Assembly: GCA_039802265.1 (NCBI GenBank)
Contig: JBDRWI010000072.1
Location: forward strand, 1-10,360
DNA length: 10,360 nucleotides
Origin: a candidate division WOR-3 bacterium
GTDB lineage: Bacteria > Hydrothermota > Tepidihabitantia > SM23-42 > JAOAFX01
Direction: 5' to 3'
The notes beneath the pieces are model-generated. The model searched no databases. It was not told the DNA's origin and was given only the letters and a program-made list of their open reading frames with translations. Below, piece by piece: positions 1 to 7,237 of this stretch. Position 1 is the stretch's first letter, and each line of letters starts with the position of its first letter. The position numbers and the translations under genes are program-made.

Positions 1-47
1 TTCGTTCATCCGGGATTAGTTTTTGATTGATGAAATCGGAGATGGTT

Positions 48-77
48 TTGACATTTGTCTCCTTTGTGTAGTATTAT
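48..77 (+). promoter_or_regulatory. Putative sigma70-type promoter for the small membrane protein gene
   Basis: Consensus TTGACA at 48-53, an 18-nt spacer, then TATTAT at 72-77, about 70 nt upstream of the ATG at 149. Confidence 0.5.
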
Positions 78-148
78 ACATAAAATGACGGAAAATGCGG
101 TGTTTTGGAATTTCCGAACACCCACCCAAAGAGTATAGGAGGTAAAAA

Positions 149-340
149 ATGGGCCCGGAGGAAAAGAGCAGTAAGGGTGTTGGTTGCCTAATACTAATAG
201 TCGGAGGCATTTTGGCTTTATTCGGTGTAATTATTTCACTTACGGTTATCGGCGCGGTTATTGGCATACCAATGGCATTAGTAGGTGATGCATTATTTGG
301 TTGGGGGTTTGTTAAATTCTTTAAAAAACAAGACAAGTAG
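149..340 (+). CDS. Small (63 aa) hydrophobic membrane protein, likely two TM segments
   Basis: Strong SD AGGAGGT at 137-143, 5 nt before the ATG. Gly-rich hydrophobic core GCLILIVGGILALFGVIISLTVIGAVIGIPMALVG flanked by Lys-rich ends (positive-inside pattern). Confidence 0.8.
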   Translation: MGPEEKSSKGVGCLILIVGGILALFGVIISLTVIGAVIGIPMALVGDALFGWGFVKFFKKQDK

Positions 341-450
341 AAATTATAATATTGCTTCCGTTAATTGCTTTGTAATATGATAGGGGACATTATGGCATTG
401 AAGTTCAAATGCAAGATCGGTAAGTTAAAAAGTAAGTTTTTTCCAAAAAA

Positions 451-505
451 TGTAGTGGCAGACCGTCCGCAACAATGTTCGGGCGGACGCGGCGGTTTAC
501 TCTGC
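451..505 (+). repeat. GTAG-type REP element interrupted by a 32-nt GC-rich hairpin insertion
   Basis: Deleting 463-494 restores GTAGTG-GCAGAGT-TT-ACTCTGC, a perfect 7-bp stem behind GTAG. The insert has its own perfect stem, CGTCCGC (464-470)/GCGGACG (483-489). Confidence 0.65.
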
Positions 506-539
506 TTAAAGGAACATAATCCTCGCTATCGCTCGGATA

Positions 540-574
540 AAATCAGAAATCCGGCTATCTAAATCTCAATGACC
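540..574 (+). repeat. Degenerate 7-nt periodic array (AAATCnn)
   Basis: Units aaatcag, aaatccg, gctatct, aaatctc, aatgacc. Confidence 0.5.
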
Positions 575-591
575 TGAGTAAGATGGTTATC

Positions 592-653
592 GGGTTAGAG
601 TTAAGATGCTAATTTTCCATGGTTAAAAGAGACAAGCGTCCCAACTTTAACCC
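592..653. repeat. 19-bp imperfect inverted repeat with a 24-nt spacer
   Basis: GGGTTAGAGTTAAGATGCT (592-610) versus the reverse complement of 635-653, GGGTTAAAGTTGGGACGCT: 15/19 identical, and all differences are transitions. Confidence 0.75.
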
Positions 654-674
654 TTAAACTATTTTTCCTATTTG

Positions 675-709
675 TTTAGCATTTCACGCTTCGGATTTAG
701 AATTTGTAT
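675..709 (-). repeat. Degenerate 7-nt periodic array, inverted relative to 540-574
   Basis: Plus-strand units tttagca, tttcacg, cttcgga, tttagaa, tttgtat. The reverse complement of 675-705 reads aaattct aaatccg aagcgtg aaatgct aaa. Confidence 0.55.
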
Positions 710-712
710 TAA

Positions 713-762
713 CAGGCATCGCCCGAGGTATATCCACCTTTGGCGTAAGCTTGACCACTACA
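713..762 (-). repeat. Second GTAG-type REP-like element (inverted) with a 26-nt hairpin in its loop
   Basis: CCACTACA (755-762) is the exact reverse complement of TGTAGTGG (451-458). Outer stem CAGGC (713-717)/GCTTG (749-753). Inner hairpin CGCCCGAGGT-ATATCC-ACCTTTGGCG (720-745). Confidence 0.55.
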
Positions 763-883
763 AAGATAAAATCCTTACGGATTAACTCCAAAAAGATCAT
801 TTGTGGTTAATGGTATAACCGTTGTTTACTTGTAGATAGAAACACATTAATCTCAATCAGACACGAATTTAGTAAAGAACAAC

Positions 884-911
884 TTGATTTCTTGCGATTT
901 TTTGATATAAT
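884..911 (+). promoter_or_regulatory. Sigma70-type promoter with extended -10, probably producing a leaderless mRNA
   Basis: TTGATT at 884-889, a 16-nt spacer, TG-A-TATAAT at 903-911. The ATG at 918 follows after only 6 nt, with no SD. Confidence 0.7.
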
Positions 912-917
912 CTTACA

Positions 918-1580
918 ATGAAAAAAAATTTGTTTATTTTTCTCATTCTGCTAAAAATATCCATTGCCCAGAATTTCCCCAGCTCCTGGTCACCGAGTTA
1001 TTGCACATACGATGTAGCCCAGACACTTGCCCTATCCTGTTATACAATGGGATTCGGAATTGATAACTTTTGTTTATATTCAAAAAATAATGACTCAATT
1101 GCCTATGACGAGCGGAGATTTGATATCTGGGCAAGGCTGGGAATTATTAAAAACACTGAATTTGAGATTAAATACTCCTATCCTACTGCCGGATTGATTT
1201 CAATAAAATATCTCTTTTTAGTGCAGTCGATTAAGACTGCATTCAAATCTGGTTTTGGTTATATGAAGGGAACGAGGGTCGGATTTATAACCGATTATGT
1301 CTACGATTTCTATGGCACCCTCTTAATTGAAAAGGCTTTATCCAAAAACATCAGATTCACCTACGCACCAAAGGCAATCTATTCGCTTCATACCAGGGAC
1401 CGCCAGGAACATTCAACAAGACCACCGCGCCACATTTTTCAGTATGGGCACTGTCTCAGTTTATCTCTTGGAGAGAAATTCGTATTTATTCCTGAGGCCA
1501 ACTGGCTCTGGGGCGATAATGAAGGAACCCATTATATTGTCAATCAGTTTGGAGTCGGGGTAAATTTAAAAATTAATTAA
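918..1580 (+). CDS. Hypothetical exported protein, possible outer-membrane beta-barrel
   Basis: 220-aa ORF with a signal-peptide-like N-terminus MKKNLFIFLILLKISIA-Q. Alternating, aromatic-rich strand-like segments (FDIWARLG, TEFEIKYSY, DFYGTLLIEK, FVFIPEANWLW, NQFGVGVNLKI). Confidence 0.7.
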   Translation: MKKNLFIFLILLKISIAQNFPSSWSPSYCTYDVAQTLALSCYTMGFGIDNFCLYSKNNDSIAYDERRFDIWARLGIIKNTEFEIKYSYPTAGLISIKYLFLVQSIKTAFKSGFGYMKGTRVGFITDYVYDFYGTLLIEKALSKNIRFTYAPKAIYSLHTRDRQEHSTRPPRHIFQYGHCLSLSLGEKFVFIPEANWLWGDNEGTHYIVNQFGVGVNLKIN

Positions 1581-1595
1581 TCTCCAATAATTTAC

Positions 1596-1618
1596 GCAAG
1601 GCTAAAGCCTTGCCCTAC
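1596..1618 (-). repeat. Intact GTAG-type REP element between convergent genes
   Basis: The minus strand reads GTAG-G-GCAAGGCT-TT-AGCCTTGC: a perfect 8-bp palindrome directly behind GTAG. No adjacent U-tract on either strand. Confidence 0.75.
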
Positions 1619-1672
1619 AACTTTTGAATTTACTTTTACGAATTGAAAAACGACCAGAAAATCTCCCACATC

Positions 1673-2392
1673 TCAAATCTTACCCAAAAGGCTTAAGATT
1701 TTTGTAATACCAACAATTGCGGCAGTCTCACTGCGCAGGCGGTTTTTACCCAAAGAAATTAAACACGCCCCATACTCAGTGAATTTTTTTACCTCACTTT
1801 TTTCAAAGCCACCTTCGGGACCCACAATATAAAGGATTCTTTTACCGTTAACTAAAAAATCCCTAACTCCATCGGGGTCAGCTACAAAAACCGAATTGTA
1901 TCCAGCAAAGTTTGATAAAAGTGCACTGTCATCTTTCAAAAGCATAATCTCAGGTAGATAATATTGCAATGACTGTAGCATTGCTGCAACAGCAATATTC
2001 CTAAGATGCTCAAACTTTGTCTGTCCGATCTCCTTTACAACCGCTGCCTTTGTGCCAAAAATAAGAAATCTTCTTATACCCAGTTCAGTGCCCTTTTCTA
2101 TGATAAAATCGTTGCGTCTACCCTTCAAGGGAACAAAACCGAGTTCAAGGATAAAATCGTCTCTTTGAGGAATAAACTCCTTCTCCAAAACTTTAATCTC
2201 AACTCCATTCCTTTTTATATCTATCACTTCAGCCTTAAACTGATTCCCTTTTCCATCCGTAAGGAAGATTATCTCTCCCCTCTTTATTCTCAAGACATTC
2301 TTCAGGTGATGACATTCCCTTTCTTCAATGAAAATTCTATTACTTACTGTCTTCGCCGAAGGTATATAAAAAAGATTATGTATCTCGGGCAT
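1673..2392 (-). CDS. rsmE: 16S rRNA (uracil(1498)-N3)-methyltransferase RsmE
   Basis: Motifs HHLKNVLR, LTDGKG, IIEKGTELG, AMLQS, VGPEGGF, SLGKNRLRSETAA. Usual position downstream of dnaJ. Confidence 0.95.
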   Translation of the reverse strand: MPEIHNLFYIPSAKTVSNRIFIEERECHHLKNVLRIKRGEIIFLTDGKGNQFKAEVIDIKRNGVEIKVLEKEFIPQRDDFILELGFVPLKGRRNDFIIEKGTELGIRRFLIFGTKAAVVKEIGQTKFEHLRNIAVAAMLQSLQYYLPEIMLLKDDSALLSNFAGYNSVFVADPDGVRDFLVNGKRILYIVGPEGGFEKSEVKKFTEYGACLISLGKNRLRSETAAIVGITKILSLLGKI

Positions 2393-2402
2393 AAGGGGTA
2401 AA

Positions 2403-3503
2403 TTATGTTCCCCTCTTCTTAGGTATCGGCTCGCCCTCGTATTTTTTCAGTTCGTCAAGAAGTCTTGATAAATTTCTATCGGTTGTCTCAACGGGTTTTA
2501 AATCAAGTTCTACAAATAAATCACCATAGCCACCAGTTGGCTTGGGCATCCCTTTACCACGCATACGAATGATTGTAGGGGCTCCACTTAAGCGAGGAAT
2601 TTTTACTGTCTCTTTATTCCCATTCAAACTGGGAATCTCAATCACTCCACCATTAATTAGCCGGGAATAGGGTGTAAGGATTTTTATATAAAGGTCATAA
2701 TTGTGTCGCTCAAAATACTCGTGTGGTTTTTCTTCAAATTCCACAATTATATTGCCCTTACCTCCCGGACCATAATGTCCTTCACCCCTTAAGACAACAT
2801 ACTGTCCCTGTGCCACACCAACCGGTATCTTAATCTCAATGGTGCGCGGAACTTTAATTCGCCCCTGACCCCGGCATTTGGCACAGGGCGTCTTTATTAC
2901 CTCGCCCCGACCCTGGCATCTCGGGCAGGGTGAGATACTGGCAAATGTACCAAAAAAACTTCGGGTCTGGGTTCGAATCTGCCCCCTTCCCCCACATTGA
3001 GGGCAGACCGTAGAATCATATCCACCCCGGGCATCACAATCTCCACAGGGCTCATATCGTTCTATCTTAAATTGTTTTCTTACACCATTGGCAATCTCTT
3101 CAAGGGAAACCCGCAATACTACATGAATATCACCACCCCTTTGCCTTTTAGACTGTGCTTTCGTTGTCCCGAAGAATTCATCAAATATTGAACCACCGAA
3201 GAAACTACCAAGGATATCCTGCAGGTCATCAAAATGGGTAAAGTCCTCCCAGGAGAAGCCGCCGCCGCGGAATGTCTGGGAAACACCTTCATGTCCATAC
3301 TGGTCGTAGAGTTGCCGCTTCTGCGGGTCCATCAGAACTTCATAGGCTTCAGATATCTCCTTGAATTTCTCTTCTGCCTCCTTTTTGTTATTCGGATTCA
3401 TATCCGGATGCCACTTCTTGGCAAGTTCCCGGTATGCCCTTTTTATCTCATCGCTTGTCGCATTTCTTGATACACCAAGAATTTCGTAATAATCTTTCTT
3501 CAT
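2403..3503 (-). CDS. dnaJ: Molecular chaperone DnaJ (class A)
   Basis: J-domain ([22 protein letters not shown]), G/F region, four CxxC zinc-finger repeats, and a C-terminal domain with RGKGMP and GDLFV. Confidence 0.98.
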   Translation of the reverse strand: MKKDYYEILGVSRNATSDEIKRAYRELAKKWHPDMNPNNKKEAEEKFKEISEAYEVLMDPQKRQLYDQYGHEGVSQTFRGGGFSWEDFTHFDDLQDILGSFFGGSIFDEFFGTTKAQSKRQRGGDIHVVLRVSLEEIANGVRKQFKIERYEPCGDCDARGGYDSTVCPQCGGRGQIRTQTRSFFGTFASISPCPRCQGRGEVIKTPCAKCRGQGRIKVPRTIEIKIPVGVAQGQYVVLRGEGHYGPGGKGNIIVEFEEKPHEYFERHNYDLYIKILTPYSRLINGGVIEIPSLNGNKETVKIPRLSGAPTIIRMRGKGMPKPTGGYGDLFVELDLKPVETTDRNLSRLLDELKKYEGEPIPKKRGT

Positions 3504-3522
3504 TTTTATCTTGTAAGAAAAT

Positions 3523-3558
3523 TACTGATAGCCTGATTTCCCGATACCCTGATATCCC
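3523..3558. repeat. Degenerate 8-nt tandem repeat (about 4.5 units) in the dnaK-dnaJ spacer
   Basis: tactgata gcctgatt tcccgata ccctgata tccc. Confidence 0.6.
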
Positions 3559-5475
3559 TTACTTACCCCCTTCGTCATCGACTACCCGATAATCTGCACC
3601 ACCCTGTGTACCTCCTTCTTCCGGCTTCGGACCGGGAGGTGGTTCAGCAGGACCCGTCTGCTGGGCCCGCGCCGCTGCCTCACGATATACCGCTTCAGAA
3701 AGTTTATAAACAGACTGCTGTAGTTCATCAATTGCCTGTTTTATTGCATTTACATCGTTTCCCTCTTTCTTCTGCTTTAAATTTTCTAACTTTTTGCCAA
3801 TCTCACTACGCTCTTCAAATGAGATTTTATCTCCGTATTCCTTCAATGTCTTTTCCACACTATAGATTACACCATCAGCCTGATTACGCGCCTCAATCAA
3901 CTCCTTCTGTCTTCTGTCTTCTGCTGCATGCTCCTCTGCCTCACGCACCATCTTATCAATCTCCTCTTTGGTCAACCCACTTGAGGCAGTTATCCTTATC
4001 TTCTGTTCCTTACCGGTACCCAGGTCTTTTGCTGAAACATGTAAAATTCCATCGGCATCAATATCAAATGTCACTTCTATCTGTGGTATACCCCTTGGTG
4101 CAGGCGGAATACCATAAAGATCAAACTTCCCCAGCGTTCTATTCTGATACGCCATCGGTCTCTCACCTTGAAGGACATGAACCGTTACTGCGGTCTGATT
4201 ATCCTCAGCGGTAGTAAATATCTGCGACTTCTTGGTGGGAATTGTAGTATTGCGCGGAATTATCGGCGTCATTACCTGACCCAGGGTCTCAATACCTAAG
4301 GTGAGCGGCGTTACATCCAAAAGGAGAATATCCTTTACCTCACCACCCAGAACCGCTGCCTGAATAGCCGCACCAATTGCCACCACCTCATCCGGATTTA
4401 TTCCCTTGTGGGGTTCCTTGCCAAAGAAGTCACGAACCACCTGCTGGATTCTGGGCATTCTGGTCTGACCGCCAACCAGTACAACCTCATTTATATCCTG
4501 GGGAGTAAGTTTGGCATCTAAGAGTGCCTGTTTGACCGGCGGTATTGAACGCTGAATTAAATCCTCAACCAGGGATTCAAGTTTTGCCCGGGTCAGACGC
4601 ATCTCAAGATGGAGCGGGGTCTTGTCCTTGTCTGAGGCAATGAAGGGCAGACTGATTGTTGTTTCCATAACGGTTGATAATTCACACTTTGCCTTTTCAG
4701 CCGCCTCTTTAAGCCGCTGTAGCGCAGTCAAATCCTTGCGCAGGTCAATGCCGTGCTCCTTCATAAATTCATCCGCAATGTAATTCATAATCCGCTCGTC
4801 AAGGTCATCACCACCGAGATGGGTATCACCATTGGTTGATTTCACCTCAAATACACCTTCTCCAATCTCTAATATTGAAATATCAAACGTTCCACCACCA
4901 AAGTCATAGACTGCAATCTTTTCATTCTTCTTCTTATCAAGCCCGTAGGCAAGGGAAGAGGCTGTCGGTTCGTTTATAATCCTCAAAACCTCAAGCCCTG
5001 CAATCCTCCCTGCATCCTTTGTTGCCTGGCGCTGTGAGTCATTAAAATACGCCGGAACAGTGATTACTGCCTTGGTTATCTTCTCACCCAGATATGATTC
5101 TGCTGCCTGTTTGAGATATTGAAGAATCATTGCCGAAATCTCGGGTGGGGAGTATCTCTTGCCCATCACCTCAACCCAGGCATCACCGTTGGTGTGTTCG
5201 ACAACTTTATAGGGAACACGGGCAATCTCCTGGGGAACCTCACTGTATCTCCTTCCCATAAATCGCTTTATTGAATAGACTGTATTTTCCGCATTGGTGA
5301 TTGCCTGCCTCTTTGCCAGAGGCCCAACCAGTCTCTCTCCCGATTTGGTAAATGCCACGATTGACGGTGTGGTCCTACCACCTTCAGGATTGGGTATGAC
5401 AACTGGATGTCCTCCTTCCATTACTGCCACACAGGAAAAAGTTGTTCCTAAATCAATTCCGATTATTTTCGCCAT
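3559..5475 (-). CDS. dnaK: Molecular chaperone DnaK (Hsp70)
   Basis: Motifs [64 protein letters not shown]. Start moved to the ATG at 5475 (MAKIIG) because the track's GTG at 5484 lies inside the SD GGAGGTG (5488-5482). Confidence 0.99.
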   Translation of the reverse strand: MAKIIGIDLGTTFSCVAVMEGGHPVVIPNPEGGRTTPSIVAFTKSGERLVGPLAKRQAITNAENTVYSIKRFMGRRYSEVPQEIARVPYKVVEHTNGDAWVEVMGKRYSPPEISAMILQYLKQAAESYLGEKITKAVITVPAYFNDSQRQATKDAGRIAGLEVLRIINEPTASSLAYGLDKKKNEKIAVYDFGGGTFDISILEIGEGVFEVKSTNGDTHLGGDDLDERIMNYIADEFMKEHGIDLRKDLTALQRLKEAAEKAKCELSTVMETTISLPFIASDKDKTPLHLEMRLTRAKLESLVEDLIQRSIPPVKQALLDAKLTPQDINEVVLVGGQTRMPRIQQVVRDFFGKEPHKGINPDEVVAIGAAIQAAVLGGEVKDILLLDVTPLTLGIETLGQVMTPIIPRNTTIPTKKSQIFTTAEDNQTAVTVHVLQGERPMAYQNRTLGKFDLYGIPPAPRGIPQIEVTFDIDADGILHVSAKDLGTGKEQKIRITASSGLTKEEIDKMVREAEEHAAEDRRQKELIEARNQADGVIYSVEKTLKEYGDKISFEERSEIGKKLENLKQKKEGNDVNAIKQAIDELQQSVYKLSEAVYREAAARAQQTGPAEPPPGPKPEEGGTQGGADYRVVDDEGGK

Positions 5476-6019
5476 TTTCTTCACCTCCTTCTATTTTTTC
5501 TTTTTTTTCTTCCTCTTTACTTTCTTGCTTGAGTTCATTTTCTTTCCGCTTTGAAACCAGCACCTTGGCTGGTTTTATTACCCTATCTCCAACTTTATAA
5601 CCCTTGCTAACCTCTTCAACCACAATATTTTCAGGACGGTCATCAACTATTATTACACCCAGCGCCTCGTGGAGATAAGGATCAAATGGTTCACCAAGTC
5701 CTGAATACTCCTCAAGACCCATAGACTTAAGGGCTTCTCTCAATTGGCGTTGAATTATCTCCATCCCTTTATAGAATGGCTCAAAATTACCATTCAATTC
5801 AGCACCGGAAAGGGCACGATCAAAATTATCCAGAACCGGTATAATCTTCATAAAGAAGTCAACCTTTGAGAACTGCTTGTAGTCATTAAATTCCTTCTCC
5901 ATTCGCTTGCGATAATTATCAAGCTCAGCCAGTGCCCTTAGGTATTTATCCTTTAATTCCTTTATCTCACTCTCAAGTACCTGAACCTTCTCTTTTAAGA
6001 CAGTAACCGGACCCTTCAT
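5453..6019 (-). CDS. grpE: Nucleotide exchange factor GrpE
   Basis: Motifs [52 protein letters not shown]. Start placed at ATG 6019 (SD GAGGT at 6031-6027, 7-nt spacer); GTG 6043 is an alternative. Confidence 0.95.
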   Translation of the reverse strand: MKGPVTVLKEKVQVLESEIKELKDKYLRALAELDNYRKRMEKEFNDYKQFSKVDFFMKIIPVLDNFDRALSGAELNGNFEPFYKGMEIIQRQLREALKSMGLEEYSGLGEPFDPYLHEALGVIIVDDRPENIVVEEVSKGYKVGDRVIKPAKVLVSKRKENELKQESKEEEKKEKIEGGEENGENNRN

Positions 6020-6089
6020 CAAGATTACCTCGCTTTTTTTCACACAACATCAACCTTTAGACAATTATTTCAATCAGTGAGTTTATATC

Positions 6090-6818
6090 CTATTTACCCA
6101 CCATTAACCTATCGGCGAGAAATTCCGGCAGTCCTGCATCAATTATTTTTTGCTGGGCAAGCGGTATATTATACTCAATGCGTATAAATTCAATTGAATT
6201 CTTATTGCCATCGTAGATCACATAACACGCCCTGGGGTCTAAATCCCTCGGCTGTCCAACACTCCCCACATTAACAATATACCGGCGCCTGCTGATTACG
6301 GGAAAGTGGCTATCGGTTATGAAGTCGGTATATCCATTATCATCCTGATAGATTGCACTGGGAATGTGCGAATGTCCGATGAAGAGAAGTTGCTCCTGAA
6401 AGAATTTGAATTCATTCTGGAATTCCTCAAAGGAGAGAAGATAACGCCACTCCTGAGGGTTATCAGCTGATGAATGGACCAGGAGGAGATTATCGGTCTT
6501 GTAGGTAAGTGATAGTGATTTGAGTTTTTCAACATTCTCGGCGCTTAAATTTTTAATTGTCCACTTTATGGCGGAAGTGGCAACTGGATTAAAGTTTGCG
6601 ATGTCAGTCTTTTGTACTGCTGCCCAGTCATGATTACCCGCAATAATTGCATCCGATTCTTTGAGACAGAGTTCAATACATTCATTGGGATTTGCACCAT
6701 AACCCACTAAATCACCAAGACAAAAGATATTTTTTATTCGCCTCTTCTTAATATCTTTTATCACGGCCTGCAATGCCTCTAAATTAGAATGTATATCACT
6801 GATTATTGCTACTTTCAT
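6090..6818 (-). CDS. Calcineurin-like metallophosphoesterase (YfcE/MJ0936-like family)
   Basis: All metal-binding motifs are present: SDIHSN, LGDLVGYG, GNHD, VH, GHSH, NVGSVGQPRD. Start at ATG 6818 (MKVAIISD) behind AGAGG; the longer ORF's first 32 codons lie inside nusB. Confidence 0.92.
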   Translation of the reverse strand: MKVAIISDIHSNLEALQAVIKDIKKRRIKNIFCLGDLVGYGANPNECIELCLKESDAIIAGNHDWAAVQKTDIANFNPVATSAIKWTIKNLSAENVEKLKSLSLTYKTDNLLLVHSSADNPQEWRYLLSFEEFQNEFKFFQEQLLFIGHSHIPSAIYQDDNGYTDFITDSHFPVISRRRYIVNVGSVGQPRDLDPRACYVIYDGNKNSIEFIRIEYNIPLAQQKIIDAGLPEFLADRLMVGK

Positions 6819-7230
6819 CTTTCCTCTTCTTTTGGCTCTCCTTTCCAATGGCATCAAGAACACCATTGATAAATTTACCCGAATCTTCAGTCCCATATTT
6901 CTTTCCGATTTCAATTGCCTCGTTTATTGTAGCCTCATAGGGAATATCATCAAAATAGCATATCTCACAGGTACCAATTCGGAGGACCAATTTGTCAATA
7001 AGTGATACCCTTTCGTATCTCCAGTTTTTAAGCACCTGGGCGATGGTTTGATCAATTGATGTAAGATTGTTGATGGTTTTGGAAACAAGTTCCCGACAAA
7101 AATCCTTTACTCCATTCTGATATTTCTTTTTACTCAAGATTGCCTTCATTATTTCAGTAATATCTCCACCACCACATTCATAGCAATATAAGATTTTCAA
7201 GGCGAGTTCCCGGGCTAATCTGCGACCCAT
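6796..7230 (-). CDS. nusB: Transcription antitermination factor NusB
   Basis: Motifs RRLARELALKILY, IDQTI...NWRYERVSLID..VLR, INEAIEIGKKYG...SGKFINGVLD. Conserved ribH-nusB order. Confidence 0.96.
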   Translation of the reverse strand: MGRRLARELALKILYCYECGGGDITEIMKAILSKKKYQNGVKDFCRELVSKTINNLTSIDQTIAQVLKNWRYERVSLIDKLVLRIGTCEICYFDDIPYEATINEAIEIGKKYGTEDSGKFINGVLDAIGKESQKKRKDESSNNQ

Positions 7231-7237
7231 ACTACAA

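Noticed and set aside
16..336. 106-aa minus-strand ORF
   Set aside because: Antisense shadow of the 63-aa gene, which has the SD and a coherent membrane topology.
365..562. 65-aa plus-strand ORF (possible ATG at 392 after AGGGG)
   Set aside because: It runs through the REP and hairpin repeats and has no recognisable protein features; better explained as non-coding.
540..709. CRISPR array or tRNA/rRNA
   Set aside because: No 23-47-nt direct repeats with unique spacers and no cloverleaf or rRNA motifs; the repeats are 7-nt periodic or inverted.
1596..1625. Rho-independent terminator
   Set aside because: The loop is only 2 nt and no U-tract directly follows the stem on either strand; the GTAG anchor fits a REP better.
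3024..3047. Degenerate first zinc-finger repeat in DnaJ (CGDCDARG) as a sign of lost function
   Set aside because: All eight cysteines are retained; a single Gly-to-Ala change is ordinary variation.
6047..6073. Sigma32-like heat-shock promoter before grpE (TTGAAA-N13-GTTGATGT, minus strand)
   Set aside because: The -10 lacks the CCCC of CCCCATNT, and the organism appears non-proteobacterial.
5453..6818. Identical 23-nt overlaps at grpE/dnaK and nusB/phosphoesterase
   Set aside because: Each is simply the first out-of-frame TGA in similar Ile-Ile-containing N-termini; most likely coincidence.
6819..6914. 32-aa N-terminal extension of the metallophosphoesterase
   Set aside because: It lies within nusB; the family-typical start MKVAIISD has its own SD.
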